From assembly GCA_028866435.1 (NCBI GenBank), contig JAGWIC010000001.1, positions 49,196-113,195 of the forward strand: a stretch of 64,000 nt of DNA, given 5' to 3'. The notes beneath the pieces are model-generated. The model saw only the letters and a program-made list of their open reading frames with translations. It ran no database searches and was not told the origin of the DNA. The translations under genes and the position numbers were made by a program. The first letter of the stretch is position 1; each line of letters begins with the position of its first letter. Origin of the DNA: Lysobacteraceae bacterium (lineage in GTDB: Bacteria > Pseudomonadota > Gammaproteobacteria > Xanthomonadales > Rhodanobacteraceae). Shown piece by piece: positions 20,772 through 31,736 of the stretch.

Positions 20772-21065
20772 TCAATGGCCACGCTCGGCCTGCGGCGAGT
20801 GCGTATAGGCGGGGTGGTTGGCGCCGGCCAGGGTTTCCTGCGGCGGCAGCTGCAGGTGCCAGCCCTGGCGGCCCAGGTTCTCCAGTACTTGGGCGGTGTC
20901 CTCGAGCGGCAGCTTGCGCGATGCATCCAGTTGTACCTCCATCACGAAGCGCAATTCACCGAGCAGCAACGCCAGCGGCTCGGGCAGTACGTCGAACCCG
21001 TCGCGTCGCGCCAGCCACAGGTAGCTGTCGATCTTGCGCAGGCTGGCATAGACAAAACAAGGCAT
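20772..21065 (-). CDS. ycgL: YcgL domain protein
   Basis: CFVYASLRK..YL, LPEPL, QGWHLQLPP. Confidence 0.85.
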   Translation of the reverse strand: MPCFVYASLRKIDSYLWLARRDGFDVLPEPLALLLGELRFVMEVQLDASRKLPLEDTAQVLENLGRQGWHLQLPPQETLAGANHPAYTHSPQAERGH

Positions 21066-21276
21066 GGCGGTACCCGCAGGGAGGACAGGGCGGGGTGCCT
21101 TCCCCGCAGCATTCGTGAGGGTAGCAGCAGTGCGCCGCTACACCCAGACGATCGGCGCGCGATGGTTGGCGAACGTTCGGGCGAGCCCGGCGGACGAGCG
21201 GGGCGGTGGCGAACAACCCCGGGTCGTCACGCGGCTGCCGCCGGCCGGCACGCGGGCGGCGTGCCGGGCTGGCGGG

Positions 21277-24200
21277 TTATTCGCCGATGGTCAGCAGCGA
21301 GGCGTTGCCGCCGGAGGCGGTGGTGTTGATGGTGAGCGTGCGTTCGCCGGCGAAGCGCAGCAGGTAATGCGGGCCGCCGGCCTTGGGGCCGGTACCGGAC
21401 AGGCCTTCGCCGCCGAACGGCTGCACCCCGACCACCGCGCCGATCTGGTTGCGGTTGACGTAGCAGTTGCCGACGCGGGCATGGCTGCTGATGTAGTCGA
21501 CGGTGGCGTCGATGCGGCTGTGCACGCCCAGCGTGAGGCCGTAGCCGGTGCCGTTGATCTCGTCGACGACCTGCTTCAGTTCGCTCGCCTTGAAGCGGAT
21601 CAGGTGCAGCACCGGCCCGAATACCTCGCGCTGCAGCAACGACAGCGAGGCGATCTCGTAGGCACGCGGCGCAAAGAAGGTGCCGTGGGCGGTGCACGCT
21701 GGGTCCATCGGCACCTCGGCGATCTTTTTCGCCTCGCGATCCATCCGCTCGGCATGGGCGACCAGGATGGCCTTCGCCTCCTCGTCGATCACCGGCCCGA
21801 CGTCGGTGGAAAGCAGGCCGGGGTCGCCGACCTTCAGCTCGGCCATGGCGCCGGCCAGCATCTCGATCACCTTGTCCGCGATGTCTTCCTGCACGTACAG
21901 CACGCGCGCGGCCGAGCAGCGCTGGCCGGCGGACTGGAAGGCCGAGGCGATCACGTCCTTGACGATCTGCTCGGGCAGTGCCGAGGAGTCGGCGATCATC
22001 GCGTTCTGGCCGCCGGTCTCGGCCACCAGCACGGCGATCGGCGCGTTGCGCGCGGCCAGCGCGCGGTTGATCGCCCACGCCGTCTCGGTGGCGCCGGTGA
22101 ACACCACGCCGGCCACGCGCGGATCGCGGGTGAGCGCCGCGCCCACGGTCGGGCCGTCGCCGGGCAGGTATTGCAGCACGTCCCTGGGAACGCCCGCCTC
22201 GTGCAGCAACGCGGTGGCCAGATGGCCGATCAGGGTGGTCTGTTCGGCCGGCTTGGCCAGCACCGTGTTGCCGGCGGCCAGCGCGGCGCTGACCTGGCCG
22301 ATGAAGATCGCCAGCGGGAAGTTCCACGGGCTGATGCCGACGAACACGCCGCGGCCACCGAGGAACAGCTGGTTGCTTTCGCCGGTGGGGCCGGGCAGCT
22401 GCTCCGGTTCGGCGAACAGGCGCCGCGCCATGGTGGAGTAGTAGCGCAGGAAATCGGCGGCCTCGCGGATCTCGGCGATCGCGTCGGGCAGGCTCTTGCC
22501 GGCCTCGCGCACGCACAGCGCGATGAATTCGGCGCGGCGCGCCTCGAGCCGGTCGGCGGCGAACTCCAGCATGGCGGCGCGGTTGGCCACCGGCAGGGTG
22601 TTCCAGCGTTCCTGCGCGGCCAGCGCATTGGCCAGGGCCAGGTCGACCGTGGCCTGATCGGCGGTGACATAGCTGCCGATGGTGCGGCGGCGGTCGGACG
22701 GGTCGGTGACCTGCACGGTGGCGCCCTTGCTGCTGGCGCCCGGCACCAGCGGGCCGGCGCTCCACGGGCCTTGCTGGGCGTTGACCGCGGCGGCCAGCTC
22801 GTTCAGTTCGTTGTCGTTGGCAAAATTGACGCCCATGGAATTCTTCCGAAGTTCACCGTAGAGATTGGCCGGCAGCGGGATGCGCGGATGCGCGATGCTG
22901 TGGAATGCGCGCACGGTCGCGCAGGGGTCGGCCACCAGTTCGCGCGGCGGCAGGCTTTCGTCCACCACGCGGTTGACGAAACTGGTGTTGGCGCCGTTCT
23001 CGAGCAGGCGCCGCACCAGGTAGGGCAGCAGGTCCTCGTGCGTGCCGACCGGCGCGTAGACGCGGCAGGGCACGTTGAAGTTGTCCTTGCCGATCACCTC
23101 GGCGTACAGGTCCACGCCCATGCCGTGCAGGCGCTGGAACTCGAACGCACGCCCCTGCGACAGGTGGTGGACGGCGGCGATGGTATGTGCATTGTGGGTG
23201 GCGAACTGCGGATAGATCAGGCTCTCGCCGGCATTGAACAGGCGTCGCGCGCAGGCCAGGTAGGACACGTCGGTGTTCGGCTTGCGGGTGAACACGGGAT
23301 AGCCGCCGAGCCCTTGCTCCTGCGCGCGCTTGACCTCGGCGTCCCAGTAGGCGCCCTTGACCAGGCGCACGTACCAGCGCCGATTGGCGGCACGGGCGGT
23401 TTCGACCAGCCAGTCGATCACGTATGGCGTGCGCTTGGCATACGCCTGCACCACGATGCCCAGGCCGTTCCAGCCCTGCAGCGAGGGGTGCCTGAAGACA
23501 TCGCCGATGATGTCCAGCGACAGCTCCAGCCGCTCCGCTTCCTCGGCGTCCACCGACAGGGCGATGCCGTGCTTCATCGCCAGCTGCGACAGTTCGAGCA
23601 GCTTTTCGGTCAGCGCCTGGCGGGCGCGGGCGCGCTGGGCCACCTCGTAGCGCGGGAACAACGCCGACAGCTTGACCGAGATCGACGGCGCGTCGGTGTG
23701 GTTGGGGTAGGGGCCGCGCGCGCCCAGGGCGGCGATGGCATTGCGGTAGTCCTGCTGGTAGCGCTCGGCGGTTGCGGCGGTCAGCGCCGATTCGCCGAGC
23801 ATGTCGAAGGAATAGCGGAACGCCGAGTTCTCCTTCTTCAGGCTGCGGTCCAGCGCCTCCTCGATATCGCGTCCCATCACGAACTGATGGCCCATGATGC
23901 GCATCGCCTGCCGCACCGCCGCACGAATCGCCGGGTCGCCGACCCGGGCGACCAGCCGGCGCAGCGAACCGTAGAAATCGCGGCGGGTGCCGTCGGCGAG
24001 GTTGACCAGCTGGCCGGTCAGCAGCAGGCCCCAGGTGGAGGCGTTGACCAGCAGCGAGTCGCTGCGGCCGAGGTGCTTGCGCCAGTTGGCTTCGCCCAGC
24101 TTGTCGCGGATCAGCTTGTCGGCGGTGGTCTTGTCCGGGATGCGCAGCAGCGCCTCGGCCACGCACATCAGCAGCACGCCTTCCTGGCTCGACAGGTCGT

Positions 24201-24432
24201 ACTGGCGCATGAAGGACTCGACGACGGTCTGGTCCTGGGTGCGTCCGCGGACGCGGGTGACCAGCGCGGCGGCGCGGTCGACCACCTGCTCGCGTTCGTC
24301 CGGCGGCAGATCGGCCTGCTCGAGCAGGTCGTTGACCGCCTCGGTTTCGTCGCGCAGCCAGGCCGCCGTGATCCGCGCGCGCGCCGCGGATACCTGGGTG
24401 GGGAGTTCGGGGCTGAGTATGGATGGGGTCAC
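21277..24432 (-). CDS. putA: Bifunctional proline dehydrogenase / glutamate-semialdehyde dehydrogenase
   Basis: RLVKGAYWD, ATHN, YLVRRLLENGAN, ETGG, SAGQRCSA, GPKAGGPHYL. No N-terminal RHH domain. GTG start chosen. Confidence 0.95.
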   Translation of the reverse strand: MTPSILSPELPTQVSAARARITAAWLRDETEAVNDLLEQADLPPDEREQVVDRAAALVTRVRGRTQDQTVVESFMRQYDLSSQEGVLLMCVAEALLRIPDKTTADKLIRDKLGEANWRKHLGRSDSLLVNASTWGLLLTGQLVNLADGTRRDFYGSLRRLVARVGDPAIRAAVRQAMRIMGHQFVMGRDIEEALDRSLKKENSAFRYSFDMLGESALTAATAERYQQDYRNAIAALGARGPYPNHTDAPSISVKLSALFPRYEVAQRARARQALTEKLLELSQLAMKHGIALSVDAEEAERLELSLDIIGDVFRHPSLQGWNGLGIVVQAYAKRTPYVIDWLVETARAANRRWYVRLVKGAYWDAEVKRAQEQGLGGYPVFTRKPNTDVSYLACARRLFNAGESLIYPQFATHNAHTIAAVHHLSQGRAFEFQRLHGMGVDLYAEVIGKDNFNVPCRVYAPVGTHEDLLPYLVRRLLENGANTSFVNRVVDESLPPRELVADPCATVRAFHSIAHPRIPLPANLYGELRKNSMGVNFANDNELNELAAAVNAQQGPWSAGPLVPGASSKGATVQVTDPSDRRRTIGSYVTADQATVDLALANALAAQERWNTLPVANRAAMLEFAADRLEARRAEFIALCVREAGKSLPDAIAEIREAADFLRYYSTMARRLFAEPEQLPGPTGESNQLFLGGRGVFVGISPWNFPLAIFIGQVSAALAAGNTVLAKPAEQTTLIGHLATALLHEAGVPRDVLQYLPGDGPTVGAALTRDPRVAGVVFTGATETAWAINRALAARNAPIAVLVAETGGQNAMIADSSALPEQIVKDVIASAFQSAGQRCSAARVLYVQEDIADKVIEMLAGAMAELKVGDPGLLSTDVGPVIDEEAKAILVAHAERMDREAKKIAEVPMDPACTAHGTFFAPRAYEIASLSLLQREVFGPVLHLIRFKASELKQVVDEINGTGYGLTLGVHSRIDATVDYISSHARVGNCYVNRNQIGAVVGVQPFGGEGLSGTGPKAGGPHYLLRFAGERTLTINTTASGGNASLLTIGE

Positions 24433-24638
24433 AAAATGGTCCGCGTGGACGCTGCTTGCGCATGGTGGAAAGTGCGCCATTGTACGTGGTGGCCCTGCCG
24501 GCGTAAGCATCCGCGCGCATGCGTCCCGCGGCCGATATCGACCTTGCGCGTGCGGCAAAAGTCAAGGGGGGTGCGACAATCTTGCCGACCGCCTCGCCGC
24601 AGCCTATTATCGAACCGTTCCAGGCACGCCCTATCACC

Positions 24639-25124
24639 ATGATCGTGCTTCGACCAGCTACCGCGGGCTCGCCGTGCGTCACGATGTGGCTCAGGCCCAA
24701 CCGTGTGCTCAGCCGTCGCGGTCTGCATCGATTGATCATGGTGATGGTGGGGCTGGCGCTGGCAACGGCAGGCTGGGGGGCGTGGCAGGGGAATGTGTTT
24801 GCTCCGCTGTTCGCTTTGGTGGAATCGGTTGCCGTGGCCTGCGCCTTGAGTGTGGCGTGGCGGGCTGGCGATCGTGGTGAGCGCATTACCCTCGACGAAA
24901 CGTCGATGGAAGTGCAGTTGCTGCCCAGCCGGCGTTGTGTGCGCTTTCCGTCCCACTGGGTGCGCGTGCTGCTGGACATGGGAGATGGTCGTCAACGCCT
25001 GCTGCTGACATCGCATGGCCGGGATCTGGAGATCGGCGTTTTTCTGGGGGATCAGGAGCGCGTCGAGCTGTCGAAGAAACTCAAGGTGCTGCTGGTCGAC
25101 TTGACGGACAGTCGCGCAAACTGA
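24639..25124 (+). CDS. DUF2244-family membrane protein upstream of the cox operon
   Basis: LRPNRVLS, two TM helices, WVRV, EIGVFL...ER..L. Confidence 0.8.
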   Translation: MIVLRPATAGSPCVTMWLRPNRVLSRRGLHRLIMVMVGLALATAGWGAWQGNVFAPLFALVESVAVACALSVAWRAGDRGERITLDETSMEVQLLPSRRCVRFPSHWVRVLLDMGDGRQRLLLTSHGRDLEIGVFLGDQERVELSKKLKVLLVDLTDSRAN

Positions 25125-25140
25125 ACTTAAGGTGCAAGAC

Positions 25141-26109
25141 ATGACATCTGGCGGCATCAGGCGATCATTCATGGCAGCGGCGACCCTTGCCCTTGCATCG
25201 TTCGGCGGCGCGGCCCAGGCCGCCCCGCAGCCGTGGCAGCTGAACATGCAGCGCGGCGCCACTACCTGGTCGCAGGTGCCCTACGACCTGAACAACATCT
25301 CGTTCGGGATATGCGTGGTGATCGGCATCCTGGTGTTCGGCGCGATGTTCATCGCCATGTTCCGCTTCCGCAAATCGCGTGGCGCGGTCGCCGAGAAGTG
25401 GTCGCACAACACCGGGCTGGAGATCGTCTGGACCACGATACCGGTGATCATCCTGGTGGTGCTCGCCTACCTGTCCACCGGCGGGCTCACCACCTGGGCC
25501 AATACCACCGGCTCGCAGATGACGGTGAAGGTCACCGGCTACCAGTGGAAGTGGCGCTACGACTACGTCAGCTACATGGGCAAGCCGATCGACAAGGTGG
25601 GCTTCATGTCCAAGCTCGATACGCAGAGCGACCAGACCCGGCAGCTCGGCTCGGGCATGGATCCGTATGCGGTCAAGGTCGGCGACGAGAACACCTACCT
25701 GCTGAATGTCGACAAGCCGCTGGTGGTTCCGGTGGACACGAAAATCCGCTTCGTCATCACCAGCGGCGACGTGATCCACTCCTGGTGGGTGCCGGCGTTC
25801 GGCTGGAAGCTCGACGCGATTCCCGGCATCGCCAACGCGGCCTGGACCAATATCAAGACGCCGGGCACGTACCGCGGCCAGTGCGCCGAGTTGTGCGGCC
25901 AGGACCACGGCTTCATGCCGATCGTGGTGGTGGCCAAGTCGAAGGAGGATTTCGCCAAGTGGCTGGCCCAGCAGGAGGCAGCGTCGGCCACACCCGCACC
26001 CGCACCCGCACCCGCTGCGGCGCCGGCGCCGGCGCCCGCCGCGGCATCGACGGCACCGGCGACGGCGGCGGTCGCCGTCGCGCCACCGGTCGGTCGCGCG
26101 CAGGGTTGA
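25141..26109 (+). CDS. coxB: Cytochrome c oxidase subunit II
   Basis: GYQWKWRY, DVIHSW, CuA motif CAELCGQDHGFM, Pro/Ala-rich tail. Confidence 0.95.
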   Translation: MTSGGIRRSFMAAATLALASFGGAAQAAPQPWQLNMQRGATTWSQVPYDLNNISFGICVVIGILVFGAMFIAMFRFRKSRGAVAEKWSHNTGLEIVWTTIPVIILVVLAYLSTGGLTTWANTTGSQMTVKVTGYQWKWRYDYVSYMGKPIDKVGFMSKLDTQSDQTRQLGSGMDPYAVKVGDENTYLLNVDKPLVVPVDTKIRFVITSGDVIHSWWVPAFGWKLDAIPGIANAAWTNIKTPGTYRGQCAELCGQDHGFMPIVVVAKSKEDFAKWLAQQEAASATPAPAPAPAAAPAPAPAAASTAPATAAVAVAPPVGRAQG

Positions 26110-26171
26110 TTCACACCGTTCATGCCGTTTCTTGCAGTCGCATCCAAATAACAGGTTAGAGGTGTTAGGCC

Positions 26172-27788
<1,617 letters not shown>

Positions 27789-27799
27789 CCAATCCCGAT

Positions 27800-27825
27800 G
27801 CCCTGCCCATGCGAATGGGCGGGGC
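27800..27825 (+). other. GC-rich intra-operon hairpin with GCGA tetraloop
   Basis: GCCCTGCCCAT-GCGA-ATGGGCGGGGC: 11 bp including one G-U pair and no U-tract. Possibly an mRNA-stabilising element. Confidence 0.5.
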
Positions 27826-27848
27826 CATGCCAGTAGAAGACCATCCGC

Positions 27849-27980
27849 ATGACGCAGTCGATGACAGACAAGAGCAGCCCGGACGATCGCCGCGGTGTCC
27901 GGCGCACGGTCACCATCCTGGTGGCGGTGGTGCTGACGTTCTTTGCGCTGTCATTCGTGCAGATCATGCTGATGAGGTAG
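27849..27980 (+). CDS. Small single-TM protein in the cox operon (43 aa, not in the ORF track)
   Basis: Hand translation MTQSMTDKSSPDDRRGVRRTVTILVAVVLTFFALSFVQIMLMR*: a basic patch followed by a TM helix. Confidence 0.7.
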   Translation: MTQSMTDKSSPDDRRGVRRTVTILVAVVLTFFALSFVQIMLMR

Positions 27981-28097
27981 TGATCCACCAGCAACCGACG
28001 CTTTCGTTCCATCGCCCGGGTCGGCGCGACCGGCATGCAGTTCCCCGAGCGGTCCGACGGGGCAAAAGCCATCAAGAGAAATCCACGGGGTCTCACC

Positions 28098-28985
28098 ATG
28101 GGTCAGCAGCACGACGCGTACTTCATCCCGGCCAAGAGCTACTGGCCGTTCGTGGCCGCAATGGTCATGTTCACCACCATGTTCGGTGCCGCGCACTGGC
28201 TCAATGCCGCGCCCGGCGAGGCAGGCTTCGGCCGCACCGTGCTGACCGTGGGCGTGGTCGGCGTGCTGGGGATGTTCTTCGGCTGGTTCCGCTCGGTGAT
28301 CAACGAATCGCTGGCTGGCGACTACAACCACCAGGTGGATACCTCGTTCCGCATGGGGATGATGTGGTTCATCTTTTCCGAGGTGATGTTTTTCGGTGCG
28401 TTCTTCGGCGCGCTGTTCTTCATCCGCATGTTTTCGGTGCCGTGGCTGGGCGGCGCAGGCCACGGCGCGCTCACCCACCAGTTCCTGTGGAGTGACTACA
28501 CGGCCTCATGGGGCGCCAACGGGGGCAATGGCCCGGCGCACGTCGGCGGCACCTTCAGCACCGTGTCGCCGTGGGGCCTGCCGCTGCTCAATACCCTGAT
28601 CCTGCTTTCCTCCAGCGTCACCGTCACGATCGCCCATCACGCGCTGCGTGCCGGACACCGCGGCAAGATCCTGGTGTTTCTCGGCCTTACCGTGCTGCTG
28701 GGTGCGCTGTTCCTCAATTTCCAGGCGCACGAGTACATCGAGGCCTACCATGAGCTGAACCTGACCCTGCACAGCGGCGTCTATGGTTCGACCTTCTTCC
28801 TGCTGACCGGCTTTCACGGCCTGCACGTCACCCTCGGCACGATCATGCTGGCGGTGATCTGGTTCCGGGTGCTGAAGGGGCATTTCAGCAAGGAGCACCA
28901 TTTCGGCTTCGAGGCGGTCTCGTGGTACTGGCACTTCGTCGATGTCGTCTGGCTGGGCCTGTTCATGTTCGTCTACATCCTCTGA
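28098..28985 (+). CDS. coxC: Cytochrome c oxidase subunit III
   Basis: WFIFSEVMFF, PLLNTLILLSSS, TGFHGLHV, WYWHFVD. Confidence 0.95.
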   Translation: MGQQHDAYFIPAKSYWPFVAAMVMFTTMFGAAHWLNAAPGEAGFGRTVLTVGVVGVLGMFFGWFRSVINESLAGDYNHQVDTSFRMGMMWFIFSEVMFFGAFFGALFFIRMFSVPWLGGAGHGALTHQFLWSDYTASWGANGGNGPAHVGGTFSTVSPWGLPLLNTLILLSSSVTVTIAHHALRAGHRGKILVFLGLTVLLGALFLNFQAHEYIEAYHELNLTLHSGVYGSTFFLLTGFHGLHVTLGTIMLAVIWFRVLKGHFSKEHHFGFEAVSWYWHFVDVVWLGLFMFVYIL

Positions 28986-29229
28986 CCGGATCGCGGCGAA
29001 CGTCCCGCCGGAAGCTCGCCACGGGCGTACCGCCGGTGGGACTGAATGGCCGCCGTTGTCCGTTGCTCCGGCCAAAGGCCTGGGCCGATGGCTATCCGCC
29101 CGCCGCCGCCCGCCTGTGCGAAGCTTCGCCCGGCCTGAGCCTGGCCGCCGTGGCCACGGCGCATCCAGCCCGATATGCCGCAAGCGCCGGTCGCGGCGCG
29201 GCTTCCCGTAGCCTGCGCGCGGGCACAAG

Positions 29230-30009
29230 GTGGTTGGGGTGGGGCGGGCGATCTTGAAAGGCCGGGACGCGCGAGTCGATGAATTTGTCCAGGCGGCCGA
29301 GGCGGCGCTGACGCAATCGGGCTTCATGCCGCCGGCCCGGGGCGAGGTTCGCGCGCTGGTGTTCCCGACGTCGGCCTTGTCCGCCCACGTTCGCGCTGCC
29401 GAAGGCCTGCTGGACGGGGCCGAGGTCGGGCGCGCCGCACGCCTTCGCTTCGATCGTGACCGCGACAACTACATCATCGCCCACGCGCTATGGCGGCTGC
29501 TGCTGGCCAGGAGCCTTGGCCTGGCGCCGGGCGCCCTGCGGTTGCTCAGTGCACCGTCGGGGCAACCGCGCTTGCCGGGTACCGGGTTCAGCACCAGCCT
29601 GAGTCACAGCGGCGGCTGGGTCGCCATGGCGGTCTGCAACGGCGAGAGCGTGGGCATCGACATCGAACAGGTGCCACCGCGCCTGCGCATGGGCGACCTC
29701 ATCCAGACCATCTGCACCCCGGCCGAGGCGCTGCGCGCGACGACGCTCGCGGAGGTGCCGCGGGAAGCGGAGCTGCTAGCGCTGTGGACCCGCAAGGAGG
29801 CGTTGCTCAAGGCATTCGGCGTGGGTCTGGCCGAGCCGCTGACAAGCCTGCGGGCGGACGAGGGCGCATGGGTGGCGCCGCCGCCGGCCGCCGCCGGCCT
29901 AGCGCCGTGCCGGGCTGTGATGTTGAACCTGGGTGCCGGACTGGTCGGCGCACTTGCCGTGCCCGCCGGCATTACCCTGGCGGGCCTGCACCGTTTCGAT
30001 GCCATCTGA
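29230..30009 (+). CDS. Sfp-type 4'-phosphopantetheinyl transferase (start uncertain)
   Basis: SLSHS, GIDIE and WTRKEALLKAFG motifs. Confidence 0.88.
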   Translation: MVGVGRAILKGRDARVDEFVQAAEAALTQSGFMPPARGEVRALVFPTSALSAHVRAAEGLLDGAEVGRAARLRFDRDRDNYIIAHALWRLLLARSLGLAPGALRLLSAPSGQPRLPGTGFSTSLSHSGGWVAMAVCNGESVGIDIEQVPPRLRMGDLIQTICTPAEALRATTLAEVPREAELLALWTRKEALLKAFGVGLAEPLTSLRADEGAWVAPPPAAAGLAPCRAVMLNLGAGLVGALAVPAGITLAGLHRFDAI

Positions 30010-30119
30010 CACCGATGGCTGGGGTTTTGTGCCCAAAATATGATGCGTCGCACACAATGCATGCACGGAAGGACTTGACGAAATGCCCATCTTGTAGCAG
30101 AGAATTCATCTCCCTCGCA

Positions 30120-30148
30120 TGGACTAAGCGCGCGCTTCGGGCTATGGT
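30120..30148 (+). promoter_or_regulatory. Candidate sigma70 promoter for the priming sugar transferase
   Basis: TGGACT-17 nt-TATGGT in a relatively AT-rich intergenic region about 50 nt before the ATG. Confidence 0.3.
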
Positions 30149-30199
30149 TCAGTTCGCCCCGCCGGATGCGGGCGTGCAAAGGGGGGGAGGGGGTACGGC

Positions 30200-31600
30200 A
30201 TGTTTCGGTTCATACACCGTCAGAACATTCGCTGGTTGCTGCTGCTCGGCCTTGCCGAGTTGCTGCTCTTGAGCGCATCCCTGAACGCGGCGATGTTCCT
30301 GCGCTATTTTCGTCAACCTGACGAATGGGCCCTGTATGCCCGCCACATGCCCGAGCGCGCCCTGATGTTCGCCCTGGTGATCCAGCTGGGGCTGATGGCC
30401 CTGGGCCAGTATCGATCGCACATCCGCAACAGCTGGTTCGGCCTGCTCACCCATCAGCTGGTCGGTTTCGTGTTGGGTGGCCTGGGTCTGTTCGTGATGT
30501 ATTACCTGGTGCCGCAGGGATACGTCGGTCGCGGCGTCATGGGCATCGCCCTGCTGCTGGGTTACGTGGGCACCTGCGCCTTTCGCGCCGCCTACCTGCA
30601 CGTGCGCGATGTCGAGGTGCTCCGCCGCCGCGTCCTGGTGCTCGGCGCGGGCCAGCGTGCCGCACAGATCCATACCGGCATGCGGCGACGTTCCGATCGG
30701 CAGGGCTTTCGCGTCGTGGGCTACATGCCGGCGCCAGGGGAGACCACCGCGGTGCCGGCGGAATACCTGCTGCAGGGCAATCTCCCTATCCATGTCTGGG
30801 CCACCCAGGAACAGATCGACGAGATCGTGGTCGCGGTCGATGACCGGCGCGGCACGCTGCCCATGGCCGAGCTGCTCGAGTGCAGGCAGCTGGGCATCGC
30901 GATTACCGACCTCACCACGTTTTTCGAGCGCGAGTCGGGTCGGGTGCAACTGCTGCTGACCAACCCTTCCTGGCTGATCTTTTCGCAGGGTTTCGACGTT
31001 ACCCCGCTACGTCGTTTCAGCAAGCGCTGTTTCGACCTGGGCGTTGCCGGCCTGGTGCTGCTGCTTACCTTCCCGCTGATGCTGCTGACGGCCCTGGCGA
31101 TTCGCATCGAGTCTGGCCCGGGCCAGCCGATCCTGTACCGGCAGCAGCGGGTCGGGGAGCGAGGCAGGGTTTTCGACCTGATCAAGTTCCGCAGCATGCG
31201 CACCGATGCCGAAATGGACGGTATCGCGCGTTGGGCCAGCCTCAATGACGATCGCGTGACCCGGGTCGGGCGCTTCATCCGCAAAGTGCGGCTGGACGAA
31301 CTGCCGCAGCTCTGGAACGTGCTGAAAGGCGAAATGAGCTTCATCGGGCCACGCCCGGAGCGGCCACAGTTCGTGGCGGAACTGGCACGGAAAATCGAGT
31401 ACTACGGCCTGCGCCACAGCATGAAGCCGGGGCTCGCGGGCTGGGCGCAATTGCGCTATCCCTATGGTGCTTCGGAAGCCGATGCGGTGGAAAAGCTCAA
31501 GTACGACCTTTACTACGTCAAGAATCACAACCTGCTGTTCGACATGATGATCCTGATCCAGACCGTGGAAGTGGTGGTGTTTGCGCGCGGTGCACGCTGA
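30200..31600 (+). CDS. Priming polyprenyl-phosphate sugar-1-phosphate transferase (TIGR03013-like, EPS/PEP-CTERM-associated)
   Basis: Four N-terminal TMs, a Rossmann-like VLVLGAG domain, then KRCFD, KFRSM, RLDELPQLWNVL, GPRPE, KLKYDLYY and C-terminal GAR. Confidence 0.9.
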   Translation: MFRFIHRQNIRWLLLLGLAELLLLSASLNAAMFLRYFRQPDEWALYARHMPERALMFALVIQLGLMALGQYRSHIRNSWFGLLTHQLVGFVLGGLGLFVMYYLVPQGYVGRGVMGIALLLGYVGTCAFRAAYLHVRDVEVLRRRVLVLGAGQRAAQIHTGMRRRSDRQGFRVVGYMPAPGETTAVPAEYLLQGNLPIHVWATQEQIDEIVVAVDDRRGTLPMAELLECRQLGIAITDLTTFFERESGRVQLLLTNPSWLIFSQGFDVTPLRRFSKRCFDLGVAGLVLLLTFPLMLLTALAIRIESGPGQPILYRQQRVGERGRVFDLIKFRSMRTDAEMDGIARWASLNDDRVTRVGRFIRKVRLDELPQLWNVLKGEMSFIGPRPERPQFVAELARKIEYYGLRHSMKPGLAGWAQLRYPYGASEADAVEKLKYDLYYVKNHNLLFDMMILIQTVEVVVFARGAR

Positions 31601-31736
31601 GCCGCGGGCGTGGCGGGTGAATCGTCTGCGAAGCGCAAGCGGCCCGAATTGACTGGTGCTAGGCTGTAGGTCGCTGCCGATCCAGGCAGTCGACGGGGAT
31701 TGCGCATGTCGCCCTGTCCAAACCGATGGAGCTCCC

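Noticed and set aside
17175-24642. Long + strand ORFs (1,168, 750 and 1,192 aa) opposite the ankyrin gene and putA
   Set aside because: Antisense shadows with Arg/Gly/Ala-rich, low-information translations.
25990-26045. Short tandem repeats (GCACCC)n and (GCGCCG)n
   Set aside because: They encode the Pro/Ala tail of CoxB. Similar low-complexity linkers occur in DsbA, c4 and Dcp. Not a CRISPR array or mobile repeat.
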